Counted from the first letter of the stretch, positions 48,581 to 58,444 are shown. The stretch is DNA of 64,000 nucleotides from Hydrogenophilales bacterium (GCA_902601765.1 CACKOO010000002.1:28130-92129); one strand, 5' to 3'. The notes: generated by a model from the letters alone, not told the origin. Made by a program: numbers and translations.

Positions 48581-49441
48581 ATGAATGACTTCATGCTGGG
48601 TATGGAAAGAAAGTCAATAACCGCGAATGATTTAAGAATCAATGTGTGGGTTGGCGGTGATGGATCACCAATTTTATTACTACATGGATACCCACAGACT
48701 GCCCAAATGTGGAGGAAAATGACTCCCCAATTATTAGCAAATCATACGGTGGTGTGTCCGGATTTGAGGGGATACGGTGATACCGGAAAACCCCGTGACG
48801 GTTATGATAAGCGCACAATGGCGAAAGATATGGCCCATTTAATGTCGGTACTTGGACATGAAAGATATGCGATTGCTGGACATGACCGTGGCGGACGTGT
48901 TGCGCACAGGTTGGCGCTTGATTGGCCTGACAATGTGACCCACTTAGTGGTTATAGATATTGTGCCCACAACAACAGTTTTTGAAAAAACTAATAAAACG
49001 CTGGCAACTAATTATTGGCATTGGTTTTTTTTTCAAGCGCTTGATCTGCCCGAAATAATGATTGCGCGTTGTCCGGAAGAGTTTTTAAGGTTTTTGCTAC
49101 GTTCATGGAGTTCTAGAGTTGATTTTATTGAAGAGGATGTTTTTAAAGAATACCTAAGAGCGTTCACTTTGCCCGGTACTATTCGTGCAACTCTTGAGGA
49201 CTATCGTGCCGCAGCGGGCGTGGATATTAAAGATGATGAAAATGATTCTGAAAGAAAAGTGGACTGTCCCGTGCTAGTTCTTTGGAGCACCGTGAACCAG
49301 ACTATGGATCTTTTTGATGTTTTAAAGACTTGGGAGGACAAAGCGACCAACGTTAGAGGACGAGGAATAGTCAGTGGTCATTTTATTCCTGAGGAGGTTC
49401 CAAATGAGATTTTGGGAGATATCTTGGGATTTATCGAGTAA
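48581..49441 (+). CDS. haloacetate (fluoroacetate) dehalogenase-like alpha/beta hydrolase
   Basis: LLLHGYPQT, AGHDRGGRVAHRLALD, VVIDIVP, YWHWFFF, LEDYRAAAG and SGHFIPEEVP match the remembered FAc-DEX/RPA1163 sequences motif for motif. Confidence 0.8.
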   Translation: MNDFMLGMERKSITANDLRINVWVGGDGSPILLLHGYPQTAQMWRKMTPQLLANHTVVCPDLRGYGDTGKPRDGYDKRTMAKDMAHLMSVLGHERYAIAGHDRGGRVAHRLALDWPDNVTHLVVIDIVPTTTVFEKTNKTLATNYWHWFFFQALDLPEIMIARCPEEFLRFLLRSWSSRVDFIEEDVFKEYLRAFTLPGTIRATLEDYRAAAGVDIKDDENDSERKVDCPVLVLWSTVNQTMDLFDVLKTWEDKATNVRGRGIVSGHFIPEEVPNEILGDILGFIE

Positions 49442-49498
49442 TATTCACCGAACTAATAATTAAACCAATCGGTCGATAAGAGTTTTGGAGAAAATATT

Positions 49499-50353
49499 AT
49501 GGATAAACTAGTAATAAGCTTAATTATATGGATGGCTATGTCTTCGGTATTTGCTGTTGAGCAGGAGGAGACTTATACTGACTTAGTCCCGGGTGTAGGA
49601 ATGTTAGAACCTTCTAATTTAGGAGAATTGGTTCAAAGAGGAGATATAAGAGCTATCAATAATATCGGGTTACTTTGGGCGAAGGGATACGAGGGTAAAC
49701 AGAGTTTTGAAGAAGCTCTGCGTTGGTGGAAAGAGGCTGCAAAAAAGGGCTATACGGTTTCCATGAATAACATAGGCTTGCTATACGCTAATGGTCACGG
49801 GGTAACGCTGGATATGGAGGAGGCTTTTAATTGGTGGCACCAATCTGCATTTTTAGGTGATGCTTGGGCGATGAATTCAGTGGGTGATTGTTACGAAAAC
49901 GGTGAGGGAGTAACGCAAGATTTCGTTCAAGCTATGACTTGGTACAAGAGTTCGGCAGAGCAGGGCGAAGCCCTTGCAATGTACAACATTGGGGTTATGT
50001 ATGAGAAAGGTCAAGGCGTTGATCTGGATATCAACGAGGCAATTTCCTGGATGAAAAGGGCTGCCAATCTGGGAGATCCCTTCGCGATGTCGACTATGGG
50101 GCGTTTCTATCGCGATGGAACAGGAGTAGCTGTTGATATTGTCGAGGCTTATGCTTGGATTACGGTAGCGCAAGAGAAGTTTTCTCCTCAGGAAGTAAAG
50201 GAACTTGTCAAAATCAAATCTGAGCGCAACATACTTTCTGTAAGGTTGAGCAAAAGCCAAGAGAAATCTGCTAATGTGCGTATCAACGAAATTTTAGAGG
50301 CAATTGATCCACAAGATGCGAATGAGGTGAGGCAGGGCGGATCAAAAATATAA
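49499..50353 (+). CDS. secreted Sel1-like repeat (SLR/TPR-related) protein
   Basis: Signal peptide plus about six repeats of the pattern A..WW.KAA..G...A...LG..Y..G.GV..D. Confidence 0.8.
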   Translation: MDKLVISLIIWMAMSSVFAVEQEETYTDLVPGVGMLEPSNLGELVQRGDIRAINNIGLLWAKGYEGKQSFEEALRWWKEAAKKGYTVSMNNIGLLYANGHGVTLDMEEAFNWWHQSAFLGDAWAMNSVGDCYENGEGVTQDFVQAMTWYKSSAEQGEALAMYNIGVMYEKGQGVDLDINEAISWMKRAANLGDPFAMSTMGRFYRDGTGVAVDIVEAYAWITVAQEKFSPQEVKELVKIKSERNILSVRLSKSQEKSANVRINEILEAIDPQDANEVRQGGSKI

Positions 50354-50362
50354 GCGATTAAG

Positions 50363-51523
50363 ATGAAAAAAAATTTTGTCACACCGTTTGAAATTAGAGT
50401 CGATAATTCGGTTTTATTGGATTTAAATAACCGACTGAAACTAACACGGTGGCCGGATGAAATTCCCAGTAACAATTGGAAATATGGGGCCGATAAAGCT
50501 TTTTTACAAAAGCTTGTTGATTATTGGATTACCGATTATGACTGGCGAGCCAATGAGAATTTTTTAAATAAATTCGATCAGTTTAAAGTTAAATTACCAG
50601 GTGTTGATTTGCACTTTATTCATCAAAAAGGCAAAGGACCCAACCCTATGCCTTTGTTACTATCTCACGGTTGGCCGGGGTCGGTTTTTGAGTTCCTTGA
50701 ATTAATACCCATGCTGACTGATCCAGAATCTTATGGTGGAGATCCGCGTGATTCATTTACTGTGGTCGCTCCTTCTTTGCCTGGGTTCAACTTTTCGTTC
50801 GAACCAGACCAGCAACGCTTTTCTGCTTCGCAAATTGCCGATTTATTTGCACAATTGATGCACGATATTCTTGGTTACAGCAAATTTGCCGCTCAAGGAG
50901 GGGACTGGGGTTCTTTCATAACTACTCGTTTGGCATTTGCGCACCCAGAGCTACTCCATGGGATTCATCTTAACTTGCTAGCAGTTAGAAGAGATCCTGA
51001 TCTGTTGAAAATCAAATTATCAAGAGAAGATCAAAAGTATGAAAGCCAACTAAAACATTTTTTGAAGGAAGAAATAGGCTATCAGTGGATTCAGGGAACT
51101 AAACCTCAGACACTTTCCTATGGGTTAAACGATTCTCCTGTCGGTCTTGCCGCCTGGATTATTGAAAAATTTTTTAGCTGGACCGATTGCAAGGGTGATC
51201 TGGAAAGCTATCTTGGTAAAGATAAATTGCTTACTAACATCATGATATATTGGATTACGGGATCAATTGGATCCTCGTTTTGGCCATACTATGCACGGCA
51301 TCATGGAGAATGGCCAGTACCTGACGGAAAAGTGATTGATGTTCCAACAGGATACATTCAGTTTCCCAAAGAAATTTTGCAGCCCCCCAAACAAGTGGCA
51401 GCTGCCGTCTACAAAAACATCCAAAGATGGACAGTGGAGAATGAGGGAGGACATTTTGCTGCCATGGAGCAACCAAAGGTTTTAGCTCGGGAAATCAAAG
51501 CTTTTTTTAGAAAATATAGATAG
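50363..51523 (+). CDS. epoxide hydrolase, microsomal-EH type (N-terminal EHN domain plus alpha/beta fold)
   Basis: N-terminal F.I.V....L.DL..RL...RWPDE, an HGWPGSVFEF oxyanion motif, a GGDWGS nucleophile motif and a C-terminal GGHFAAMEQP motif. Confidence 0.8.
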   Translation: MKKNFVTPFEIRVDNSVLLDLNNRLKLTRWPDEIPSNNWKYGADKAFLQKLVDYWITDYDWRANENFLNKFDQFKVKLPGVDLHFIHQKGKGPNPMPLLLSHGWPGSVFEFLELIPMLTDPESYGGDPRDSFTVVAPSLPGFNFSFEPDQQRFSASQIADLFAQLMHDILGYSKFAAQGGDWGSFITTRLAFAHPELLHGIHLNLLAVRRDPDLLKIKLSREDQKYESQLKHFLKEEIGYQWIQGTKPQTLSYGLNDSPVGLAAWIIEKFFSWTDCKGDLESYLGKDKLLTNIMIYWITGSIGSSFWPYYARHHGEWPVPDGKVIDVPTGYIQFPKEILQPPKQVAAAVYKNIQRWTVENEGGHFAAMEQPKVLAREIKAFFRKYR

Positions 51524-51654
51524 TTGGTTACTCAAACAATTCGGTATTAATACAACCAAATGTGGTTAAAAAAAGGTGTTCAAGAAACCGATTTTCTGGC
51601 ATGGTATATACTCGAGTGCACATTCACGAAACGAGTAATAGACAGGGGAGATTT

Positions 51655-52926
51655 ATGCGATTTTTTAAATCGATACTTATACTTGTCACTGCAGCCGCCT
51701 TGGTGGCGTGCGGGGACGACAGTTCAACTGGAGCCGGTACCAATGCCACCGTATCTGATGTGCCTTCCGTAATCCGGATCGGACTCATTGATCCGATGAG
51801 TGGGCCATTCGCACAGCAAGGTTCATTGACAAGAGGGCATATTCAAAAGGCAATTGATGAAGCCAACCAACAGGGCGTTCTGGGTGATGCAAAACTAGAA
51901 ATGGTTGTTTTTGATAATAAGGCAAGTCCACAAGAAGCCTTGGTTGCCTTAAAAAGTGCGATAAGCCAAGGGATTCGCGTGGTGGCACAAGGAGCAGGCT
52001 CTCATGTGGCACACTCATTGACAGACGCAGTCCGCAAACATAATGAACGCAATCCTGGAGATGAAGTCCTGTATCTCAATCTTGCTGCAATCGATCCTCC
52101 GTTGACCAATGAAAAATGTCATTTTTACCATTTTCGTTTTGATTCGCATGTTTTCATGAAATCAGATGCAATTACCACGGCGATAGCTCAGCGTGATGAT
52201 ATTAAGAAAGTTTATTTGTTCAATCAGGATTATTCCTACGGACACTCGGTTCAGAAATCATCAAATGAAATGCTGGCAAAAAAGCGTCCCGACATAGAAA
52301 TAGTTGGAGATGAATTGCATCCTTTGGGAAAAATCAAAGACTTCGCACCGTACGTTTCCAAAGTTAGGGCCTCAGGAGCAGACGCGATTTATACCGGCAA
52401 CTGGGGATCAGATTTGGGACTGTTCGCCAAAGCGGTTGGTGAAGCTGGGCTCGATATTTCAGTGTACACAAATTATGCATATTTGGTTGGTACTCCTAGA
52501 GCAATTGGTCCCTACGGAGAAGGTCGGGTAAAGACAGTTATGGGGTGGCATGCGAACATCGAAGGTTCACCATTGGAGCAATACTTTTTAGATTATAAAG
52601 AGACTTACGGTGAAGATTGGGGGTTTATCCCTCAAAAGTACGCAATCGATATTTTCGCGGCTGCCGTAAAAAAAGCGGGGTCTGCAAATCCTACTGATAT
52701 AGCATTTGCTTTAGAAGGCCTAAGATATGATGGGGGAGTTGGGGAAGTGTGGATGAGACCTGATGACCATCAGTTGATTCTTCCACTCTACGTTGCGACT
52801 CTTAAGAATGTTTCAGAGGGGCTTAAATATTCGGCTGACGATACTGAATATGGTTGGGATACTGACGTAAAAATTGCTGCGAGCGAAAATATTCTACCGC
52901 ACACATGTGATATGAAACGGCCATAA
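51655..52926 (+). CDS. ABC-transporter periplasmic substrate-binding lipoprotein, type-I (Leu/Ile/Val-binding-like) fold; orphan
   Basis: Start at ATG 51655 follows AGGGGAG and gives a lipobox (LVTAAALVACG). Family-typical IRIGLIDPMSGPFA beginning. No permease or ATPase genes are adjacent. Confidence 0.75.
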   Translation: MRFFKSILILVTAAALVACGDDSSTGAGTNATVSDVPSVIRIGLIDPMSGPFAQQGSLTRGHIQKAIDEANQQGVLGDAKLEMVVFDNKASPQEALVALKSAISQGIRVVAQGAGSHVAHSLTDAVRKHNERNPGDEVLYLNLAAIDPPLTNEKCHFYHFRFDSHVFMKSDAITTAIAQRDDIKKVYLFNQDYSYGHSVQKSSNEMLAKKRPDIEIVGDELHPLGKIKDFAPYVSKVRASGADAIYTGNWGSDLGLFAKAVGEAGLDISVYTNYAYLVGTPRAIGPYGEGRVKTVMGWHANIEGSPLEQYFLDYKETYGEDWGFIPQKYAIDIFAAAVKKAGSANPTDIAFALEGLRYDGGVGEVWMRPDDHQLILPLYVATLKNVSEGLKYSADDTEYGWDTDVKIAASENILPHTCDMKRP

Positions 52927-52967
52927 ATCTTATGTAGAATTTTAAGTTGCTTCAATATTAATAAACT

Positions 52968-53004
52968 GAAAGGCCCTAGTCATATTTTGTTGCTAGGGCC
53001 TTTC
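52968..53004. terminator. perfect 12-bp stem / 13-nt loop hairpin (GAAAGGCCCTAG...CTAGGGCCTTTC), probable terminator after the SBP gene
   Basis: The inverted repeat was read directly. It starts 41 nt after the SBP stop. No strong T-tract follows on the plus strand. Confidence 0.55.
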
Positions 53005-53015
53005 AATGTTATGAA

Positions 53016-54077
53016 GTGAGGTGCCATGCGTTGATAGGGTTAAGAATAGCGATAATTTTAGTTTGTAATGCATGCATGATGGGATGCCAAACAGTCGGGT
53101 ATTATGGTCAAGCCGTAACCGGACAAGCAGAGGTTTTACTTAACGCAAAATCGATAGAGAAATTATTGCAAAATTCCAGCCTAGACCTCACTCTAAAAGA
53201 GCGTTTAAAAAAAATTCAGCGAATTAGGAATTTCGCAGTAACCGAGTTGGGAATACCTAAAAATGATAGCTACCTTACCTATTCAGACATTAAGCGATCT
53301 TTTGTAGTTTGGAATGTATTTGTTACGCCAAAACTTTCGTTAAACCCAAAAGAATGGTGTTTTCCAATTGCTGGATGTGTAACATACAGAGGTTTTTTTG
53401 ATAAAAAAAGTGCCGTAAGTTTTGCAGAGGAACAAAAATCGGAAAACTTAGATACTGTAATAACCGGTGTTTCAGCATACTCTACCTTGGGATGGTTTTC
53501 AGACCCTGTATTAAATACTTTCATACATTATTCAGATATCAGTATGGTCGCCCTCATATTTCACGAATTAGCCCATCAGATTATTTATGTTAAAAATGAT
53601 ACTATTTTTAATGAATCACTTGCCGTTAGTGTTTCTGTTGAAGGAGTTCGTAGGTGGTTAAGAAAAAATGGATCGGAGCAAGATAAAAAGTCATGGCGTG
53701 AAGCTCGGTTAAGTCATGAAGATTATTTACAGCTAATTGCAAATCAAAGAAAAGCGTTAGAAACCAATTATAAATCACAAGAACCCTTAAAAACTAAGTA
53801 TCAAAACAAGAAAAAAATTATTGACAATTTAAAGCGGGAATATAAAAACTTAAAAACCAAGTGGCCGAAACAGACAAGGTATGATGGTCTTTTCTCTAAG
53901 CCAATTAATAACGCAACATTTGTTCCACTTAAGACTTATTCTGAGTACGTTCCATATTTTTCGAAGCTTTTAGAGCGAAATAGAAATTTCCCTGATTTCT
54001 TTTCAGAAGTAAGTAATTTATCTAAACAGTCGATAGAAAAAAGACTAAGAGTAATCCAATTATCAATTAGTAATTAG
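53016..54077 (+). CDS. predicted zinc aminopeptidase-like lipoprotein (DUF2265-type)
   Basis: Hydrophobic leader with Cys-containing lipobox-like end (ILVCNACMMGC) and an HELAHQ (HExxH) motif. The family assignment is from memory only. Confidence 0.55.
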   Translation: MRCHALIGLRIAIILVCNACMMGCQTVGYYGQAVTGQAEVLLNAKSIEKLLQNSSLDLTLKERLKKIQRIRNFAVTELGIPKNDSYLTYSDIKRSFVVWNVFVTPKLSLNPKEWCFPIAGCVTYRGFFDKKSAVSFAEEQKSENLDTVITGVSAYSTLGWFSDPVLNTFIHYSDISMVALIFHELAHQIIYVKNDTIFNESLAVSVSVEGVRRWLRKNGSEQDKKSWREARLSHEDYLQLIANQRKALETNYKSQEPLKTKYQNKKKIIDNLKREYKNLKTKWPKQTRYDGLFSKPINNATFVPLKTYSEYVPYFSKLLERNRNFPDFFSEVSNLSKQSIEKRLRVIQLSISN

Positions 54078-54113
54078 TGTTAATATAAAAAGTAATAAAT
54101 TTGGAATAATAAA

Positions 54114-54581
54114 ATGATCGATACTAATGACATTAGTACATTGCGCAAAATTCTTAAAACTAACAAAGTTATTGCAGTAATAGGCTTATCAGCAAAGTGG
54201 CACCGACCCAGCTATTTTGCGGCAAAGTATATGCAACAGTATGGTTATAAAATAATTCCAGTCAACCCTTCCTATGATGAAATTTTAGGGGAAAAGTGCT
54301 ACCCCAGTCTTACCGAAGTTGAGAGTCGGGTTGACATTGTCAATTGTTTTCGGAAAAGCGAGGATATTGAGCCCCTTGTGCCGATGGCGATAAATTCAGG
54401 TGCCAAGGTATTTTGGATGCAGTTGGGCGTTGCAAATCCTTTAGCTAAGAAAAAAATTATCAATGCGGGTTTGCAATGTGTTCAGAATAGGTGCGTGAAA
54501 ATAGAGCATGCAAGACTGTTCGGTGGTTTAAATTCGATAGGGGTTAATACCAAGGTAATATCGTCCAAGCGACCGATATAA
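54114..54581 (+). CDS. CoA-binding domain protein (YccU/YneT-like)
   Basis: KVIAVIGLSAKWHRPSYFAAKYMQQYGYKIIPVNP is a typical CoA_binding_2 N-terminus. Confidence 0.8.
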   Translation: MIDTNDISTLRKILKTNKVIAVIGLSAKWHRPSYFAAKYMQQYGYKIIPVNPSYDEILGEKCYPSLTEVESRVDIVNCFRKSEDIEPLVPMAINSGAKVFWMQLGVANPLAKKKIINAGLQCVQNRCVKIEHARLFGGLNSIGVNTKVISSKRPI

Positions 54582-54654
54582 CGTGTTACCGAACCGGAAG
54601 GTTTCCTAAAACATAATAAGATTTTTTTAACGAAGAAAGTATAAAAGGAAAAAA

Positions 54655-55941
54655 ATGTCTGATAGAGAATACGGTTTTGATACCCTTTGTCTACATGCAG
54701 GACAAATTCCAGATAAAGAAACAGGTTCGCGGGCTACTCCAATCTATCAAACAACGTCGTACGTATTCGATTCCCCTGAGCATGCAGCTAGCTTATTTAA
54801 CTTACAAACTTTTGGAAATGTTTATACACGACTTACAAATCCAACGACTGCTGTTCTTGAAGAAAGAGTGGCCGCTTTAGAGGGAGGACGTGCAGGTCTA
54901 GCCACTAGTTCCGGACAAGCGGCCCAGATGTGTGCTTTGCTCACGCTTCTGCGTGATGGAGATGACTTGGTATCAGCTAGTACGCTTTATGGTGGGACTT
55001 ATTCCTTGTTTGATGTAACATTTAGACAGTTTGGTATCAATACGATATTTGTAGATCCGGATGACCCTAACAACTTTCGTTCGGCAATTACTGGAAAAAC
55101 AAAAGCTGTTTATGCCGAAACTTTGGGTAACCCAGGTTTGAATGTTCTAGACATAGAGACCGTAGCCGAAATCGCTCACGAGGCCGGTTTACCACTAATA
55201 ATTGATAATACATTCGCATCTCCATTTCTTTGTAAGCCAATTGATTTCGGAGCGGATATTGTCGTTCAATCGGCAACCAAATTTTTAGGTGGGCATGGCA
55301 CAACTATGGGGGGAATCTTAGTTGAATCTGGTAAATTTCCCTGGGATAACGGTAATTTTCCAATGATGACTGAACCTTCCAAAGGATATCATGGAGTTCG
55401 ATTTTATGAGACTTTTGGAGATTTTGGATTTATGATGAAAGCGCGTATGGAAACACTTCGAACTTTAGGACCAGCATTATCCCCCATGAATGCGTGGTTA
55501 TTATTGCAAGGAGTTGAAACATTACATGTGAGAATGGAACGGCATGTTGAAAATGCAAAAAAAGTAGCTGAATTCCTTGAACAACATGAAGCAGTTGTAT
55601 GGGTTAATTATCCAGATCTTTCTAGCAATAAGTATCACAGGTTATCGCAAAAATATTTACCTAGGGGCTGTGGCTCTATACTTACTTTTGGTATTAAGGG
55701 AGGCGTAGAGGCCGGGGAGAAATTTATAAATGGCTTAGAGGTTGTATCGCACCTGGCCAATGTTGGAGATGCTAAGAGCTTAGTTATTCATCCAGCCTCT
55801 ACAACTCACAGACAATTATCAGAAGAAGAGCAAAAAAATGCCGGTATATTTCCGGACATGATCAGGATCTCTGTTGGTTTGGAGTGCATCGAGGATATCC
55901 TTTGGGATTTAAACCGGGCATTTGAAATTGCTGCGCATTGA
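54655..55941 (+). CDS. metY: O-acetylhomoserine aminocarboxypropyltransferase (sulfhydrylase)
   Basis: FDTLCLHAGQ N-terminus, NPT motif, an SATKFLGGHG PLP-lysine motif and a C-terminal HPASTTHRQL motif. Confidence 0.9.
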   Translation: MSDREYGFDTLCLHAGQIPDKETGSRATPIYQTTSYVFDSPEHAASLFNLQTFGNVYTRLTNPTTAVLEERVAALEGGRAGLATSSGQAAQMCALLTLLRDGDDLVSASTLYGGTYSLFDVTFRQFGINTIFVDPDDPNNFRSAITGKTKAVYAETLGNPGLNVLDIETVAEIAHEAGLPLIIDNTFASPFLCKPIDFGADIVVQSATKFLGGHGTTMGGILVESGKFPWDNGNFPMMTEPSKGYHGVRFYETFGDFGFMMKARMETLRTLGPALSPMNAWLLLQGVETLHVRMERHVENAKKVAEFLEQHEAVVWVNYPDLSSNKYHRLSQKYLPRGCGSILTFGIKGGVEAGEKFINGLEVVSHLANVGDAKSLVIHPASTTHRQLSEEEQKNAGIFPDMIRISVGLECIEDILWDLNRAFEIAAH

Positions 55942-55950
55942 ATCGAACAT

Positions 55951-57126
55951 ATGCCACTTTATCTTGTTCCTTTAATCGTTACTCTTGCGATTCAAATTCA
56001 GGTTTCATTAATAGTATTCACGCCGCCAGTTCTTGCGCCGAAAGCTCAGTTTGATATCGGGGTAAGTGCAGTTGCAGTTGGGCTGATTACGGCATTGATA
56101 TATTTGACATCCGTTCCTGCAACTTTGATTTCTAGCCAAATCCTACACAGACTAGGTCCCATACGAGTTAGCCAGTTGTGTGTGTTATTTACATCTTTTG
56201 GTATGGTATTAATGGTATCTGCCAGTCCGTTTATAGTTATATTAGGTGCTTTAATTGTTGGTATTGGTTATGGACCAATTACACCAGCATCGTCAGCAAT
56301 ATTGGCAAACACAGTTCCTAAAAAATTTAGAGGTTTTATTTTTTCGATTAAACAGAGTGGGGTGCCCCTTGGGGGTGCCCTTGCTGGACTTATAGTCCCA
56401 CCTTTGATGGTTTTATATGGATGGCAAATCGCAGGATTAATTATTGCAATTATGGGAATAATATTGATCTTCATTTCCTGTTTTTTCCAGAAAACTATTG
56501 ATTTGGAAGGCCCAAAATATTTTAGTAACTCACATATTCTTGCCCCCTTAAAACTTATTTTTAATGATGTACGTTTAAAAGAACTTGCCCTTTCGTCAGG
56601 AGTGTTTTCTGGAATGCAAATGAGCCTCGGAACATTTCTTGTCGTGTTACTAACACAAAATACGAATTTTTCTATAACAATTGCTGGGGGTGCACTTTCT
56701 GCAGCGATGGTTGCAGGAGCTATAGGGCGTCTTTTTTGGGGTTTTGTGTCGGATAAATTTTTCTCTCCTCGAAAAGTTCTCGGAGTTCTTGGGTTAGTAA
56801 TGTCTTGCTCAGCCTTTCTTACAACTTTCATATCGGTCGCGTGGTCAATCCCTATGGTATACATTTTTGCAGTGGTATTTGGGGCATCAGCTGTCGGTTG
56901 GAATGGCGTATATTTAGCAGCTGTTGCTAATATCGTAAATCCAGATAAAGTTGGCGCAGCAACTAGCGGATCGTTGACCGTAACTTATACTGGTGTTGTC
57001 GTCCTGCCGATTTTATTTTGGGGTGTGTACTCGTTTACTGGAAGCTACTCTTATCCTTTTGCGTTCATTGGAATGCTCAGTTTTTACCGAGGTGTACTGT
57101 TTCTAATCCCTTACGATAAAAAGTAA
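55951..57126 (+). CDS. MFS transporter
   Basis: 391 aa with about 12 predicted TM helices in a 6+6 pattern. The substrate is unknown. Confidence 0.75.
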   Translation: MPLYLVPLIVTLAIQIQVSLIVFTPPVLAPKAQFDIGVSAVAVGLITALIYLTSVPATLISSQILHRLGPIRVSQLCVLFTSFGMVLMVSASPFIVILGALIVGIGYGPITPASSAILANTVPKKFRGFIFSIKQSGVPLGGALAGLIVPPLMVLYGWQIAGLIIAIMGIILIFISCFFQKTIDLEGPKYFSNSHILAPLKLIFNDVRLKELALSSGVFSGMQMSLGTFLVVLLTQNTNFSITIAGGALSAAMVAGAIGRLFWGFVSDKFFSPRKVLGVLGLVMSCSAFLTTFISVAWSIPMVYIFAVVFGASAVGWNGVYLAAVANIVNPDKVGAATSGSLTVTYTGVVVLPILFWGVYSFTGSYSYPFAFIGMLSFYRGVLFLIPYDKK

Positions 57127-57142
57127 TTTTAAAAATCTTGTA

Positions 57143-58408
57143 TTAGTCTTGTCGGTTATAAAAAGTTTTTTCGGTCAGTAGCCTTTCTGATTTTGCCACA
57201 ATTGTTGACACCATTGAATCGCCAGTGATATTTACCGCAGTTCGCACCATATCCAATAGGCGATCTACTCCAAGTATTAACGCTATGCCCTCTACTGGCA
57301 GTCCCACTTGTTGCAAAACCATAGAAAGCATTATAAGTCCTACACCAGGCACACCCGCGGTTCCGATGGACGCTAAGGTCGCCGTTAAAATTACAGTAAT
57401 GTAACCCACTAACCCAATTTCGATATTGTATGCCTGTGCTATAAAAACTGTTGCCACGCCTTGCATTATCGCAGTACCGTCCATGTTTATAGTAGCGCCT
57501 AAGGGGATAACAAAAGAGCTAATGCTTTTACTGACACCTTGTCTCTTTTCTGCAACTTCCATTGATATGGGGATCGTTGCATTGCTGCTAGCTGTGGAAA
57601 AGGCAAAAATAATTGCCGGCCTAACATTCTTGAAAAAACGATGGGCTGGTAATCCACCTAAAAAAGTAATGAATATTCCGTATATAAAAATTCCGTGAAT
57701 TATGAGGGTAGCCAATACAGTAAAAAAATAAGACGCAAGGTCTAATATTGCTACTAATCCCAATTCAGAAAACAGTCGAGCCAGCAATGCAAAAACTCCT
57801 ATTGGCGCTAGTTGCATCAGAATAAAAACCATTTTCATTATAACTACGTTGATACTTTCAAGAATTTTTATAGCGTCTTGGCCTTTTTCTCCTACCCTAC
57901 TTAGTGATATCCCCATCAAAATCGAAAAAACAATAATTTGTAGCATATTGCCTTCAACCATAGCCATCACTGGATTGCTCGGCACCATATCTATAAATAC
58001 ATCTTTCAAGGGAGGAGCGTCTTTACCGGTAAATTCGATATCAGTGACTCTGTCCATACCAGTTCCTGGCTCCATAAAATTTGCTAGGATAATAGCAAGG
58101 GTTATGGCGATACTTGTAGTAATTAGGTAGAGAAGGATCGCCTTGCCAGCCATTACTCCCATACGGGCATTATTGCCTAATGCGCTACTTCCCAAAACGA
58201 GTGAAACAAAAACTAAAGGAACAACCATCATTTTAAGACTTGAGACAAAAATTTGACCAATAGTGTCTAGTAGACCATCAATAAGAAATTTGTGAATCGT
58301 GGAGAACAATATTGATTCAGAAAAAGTCGCGGTGTTCATTAAATTGAAAATAACACCAAACATAATTCCGGTAATCATTGCAAAAAGTATTCTTGATGTT
58401 AGTTTCAT
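57143..58408 (-). CDS. dicarboxylate/amino acid:cation symporter (DAACS, GltP/DctA-like)
   Basis: FSTASSNATIP and PLGATINMDGTA signature motifs. 421 aa. Confidence 0.88.
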   Translation of the reverse strand: MKLTSRILFAMITGIMFGVIFNLMNTATFSESILFSTIHKFLIDGLLDTIGQIFVSSLKMMVVPLVFVSLVLGSSALGNNARMGVMAGKAILLYLITTSIAITLAIILANFMEPGTGMDRVTDIEFTGKDAPPLKDVFIDMVPSNPVMAMVEGNMLQIIVFSILMGISLSRVGEKGQDAIKILESINVVIMKMVFILMQLAPIGVFALLARLFSELGLVAILDLASYFFTVLATLIIHGIFIYGIFITFLGGLPAHRFFKNVRPAIIFAFSTASSNATIPISMEVAEKRQGVSKSISSFVIPLGATINMDGTAIMQGVATVFIAQAYNIEIGLVGYITVILTATLASIGTAGVPGVGLIMLSMVLQQVGLPVEGIALILGVDRLLDMVRTAVNITGDSMVSTIVAKSERLLTEKTFYNRQD

Positions 58409-58444
58409 ATTTTTCCCTAATTATTAAATTAGTCGATTACTATA

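Noticed and set aside
51560-51772. Two long N-terminal extensions or alternative ORFs at the start of the solute-binding protein gene (track starts 51560 and 51562)
   Set aside because: An internal ATG at 51655 with the AGGGGAG SD gives a canonical lipoprotein signal peptide. The upstream 31 codons have no signal-peptide character.
56268-56864. 198-aa ORF antisense to the MFS transporter gene
   Set aside because: It is embedded in a membrane-protein gene, where hydrophobic codons give open antisense frames. It has no motif and no independent start signals.
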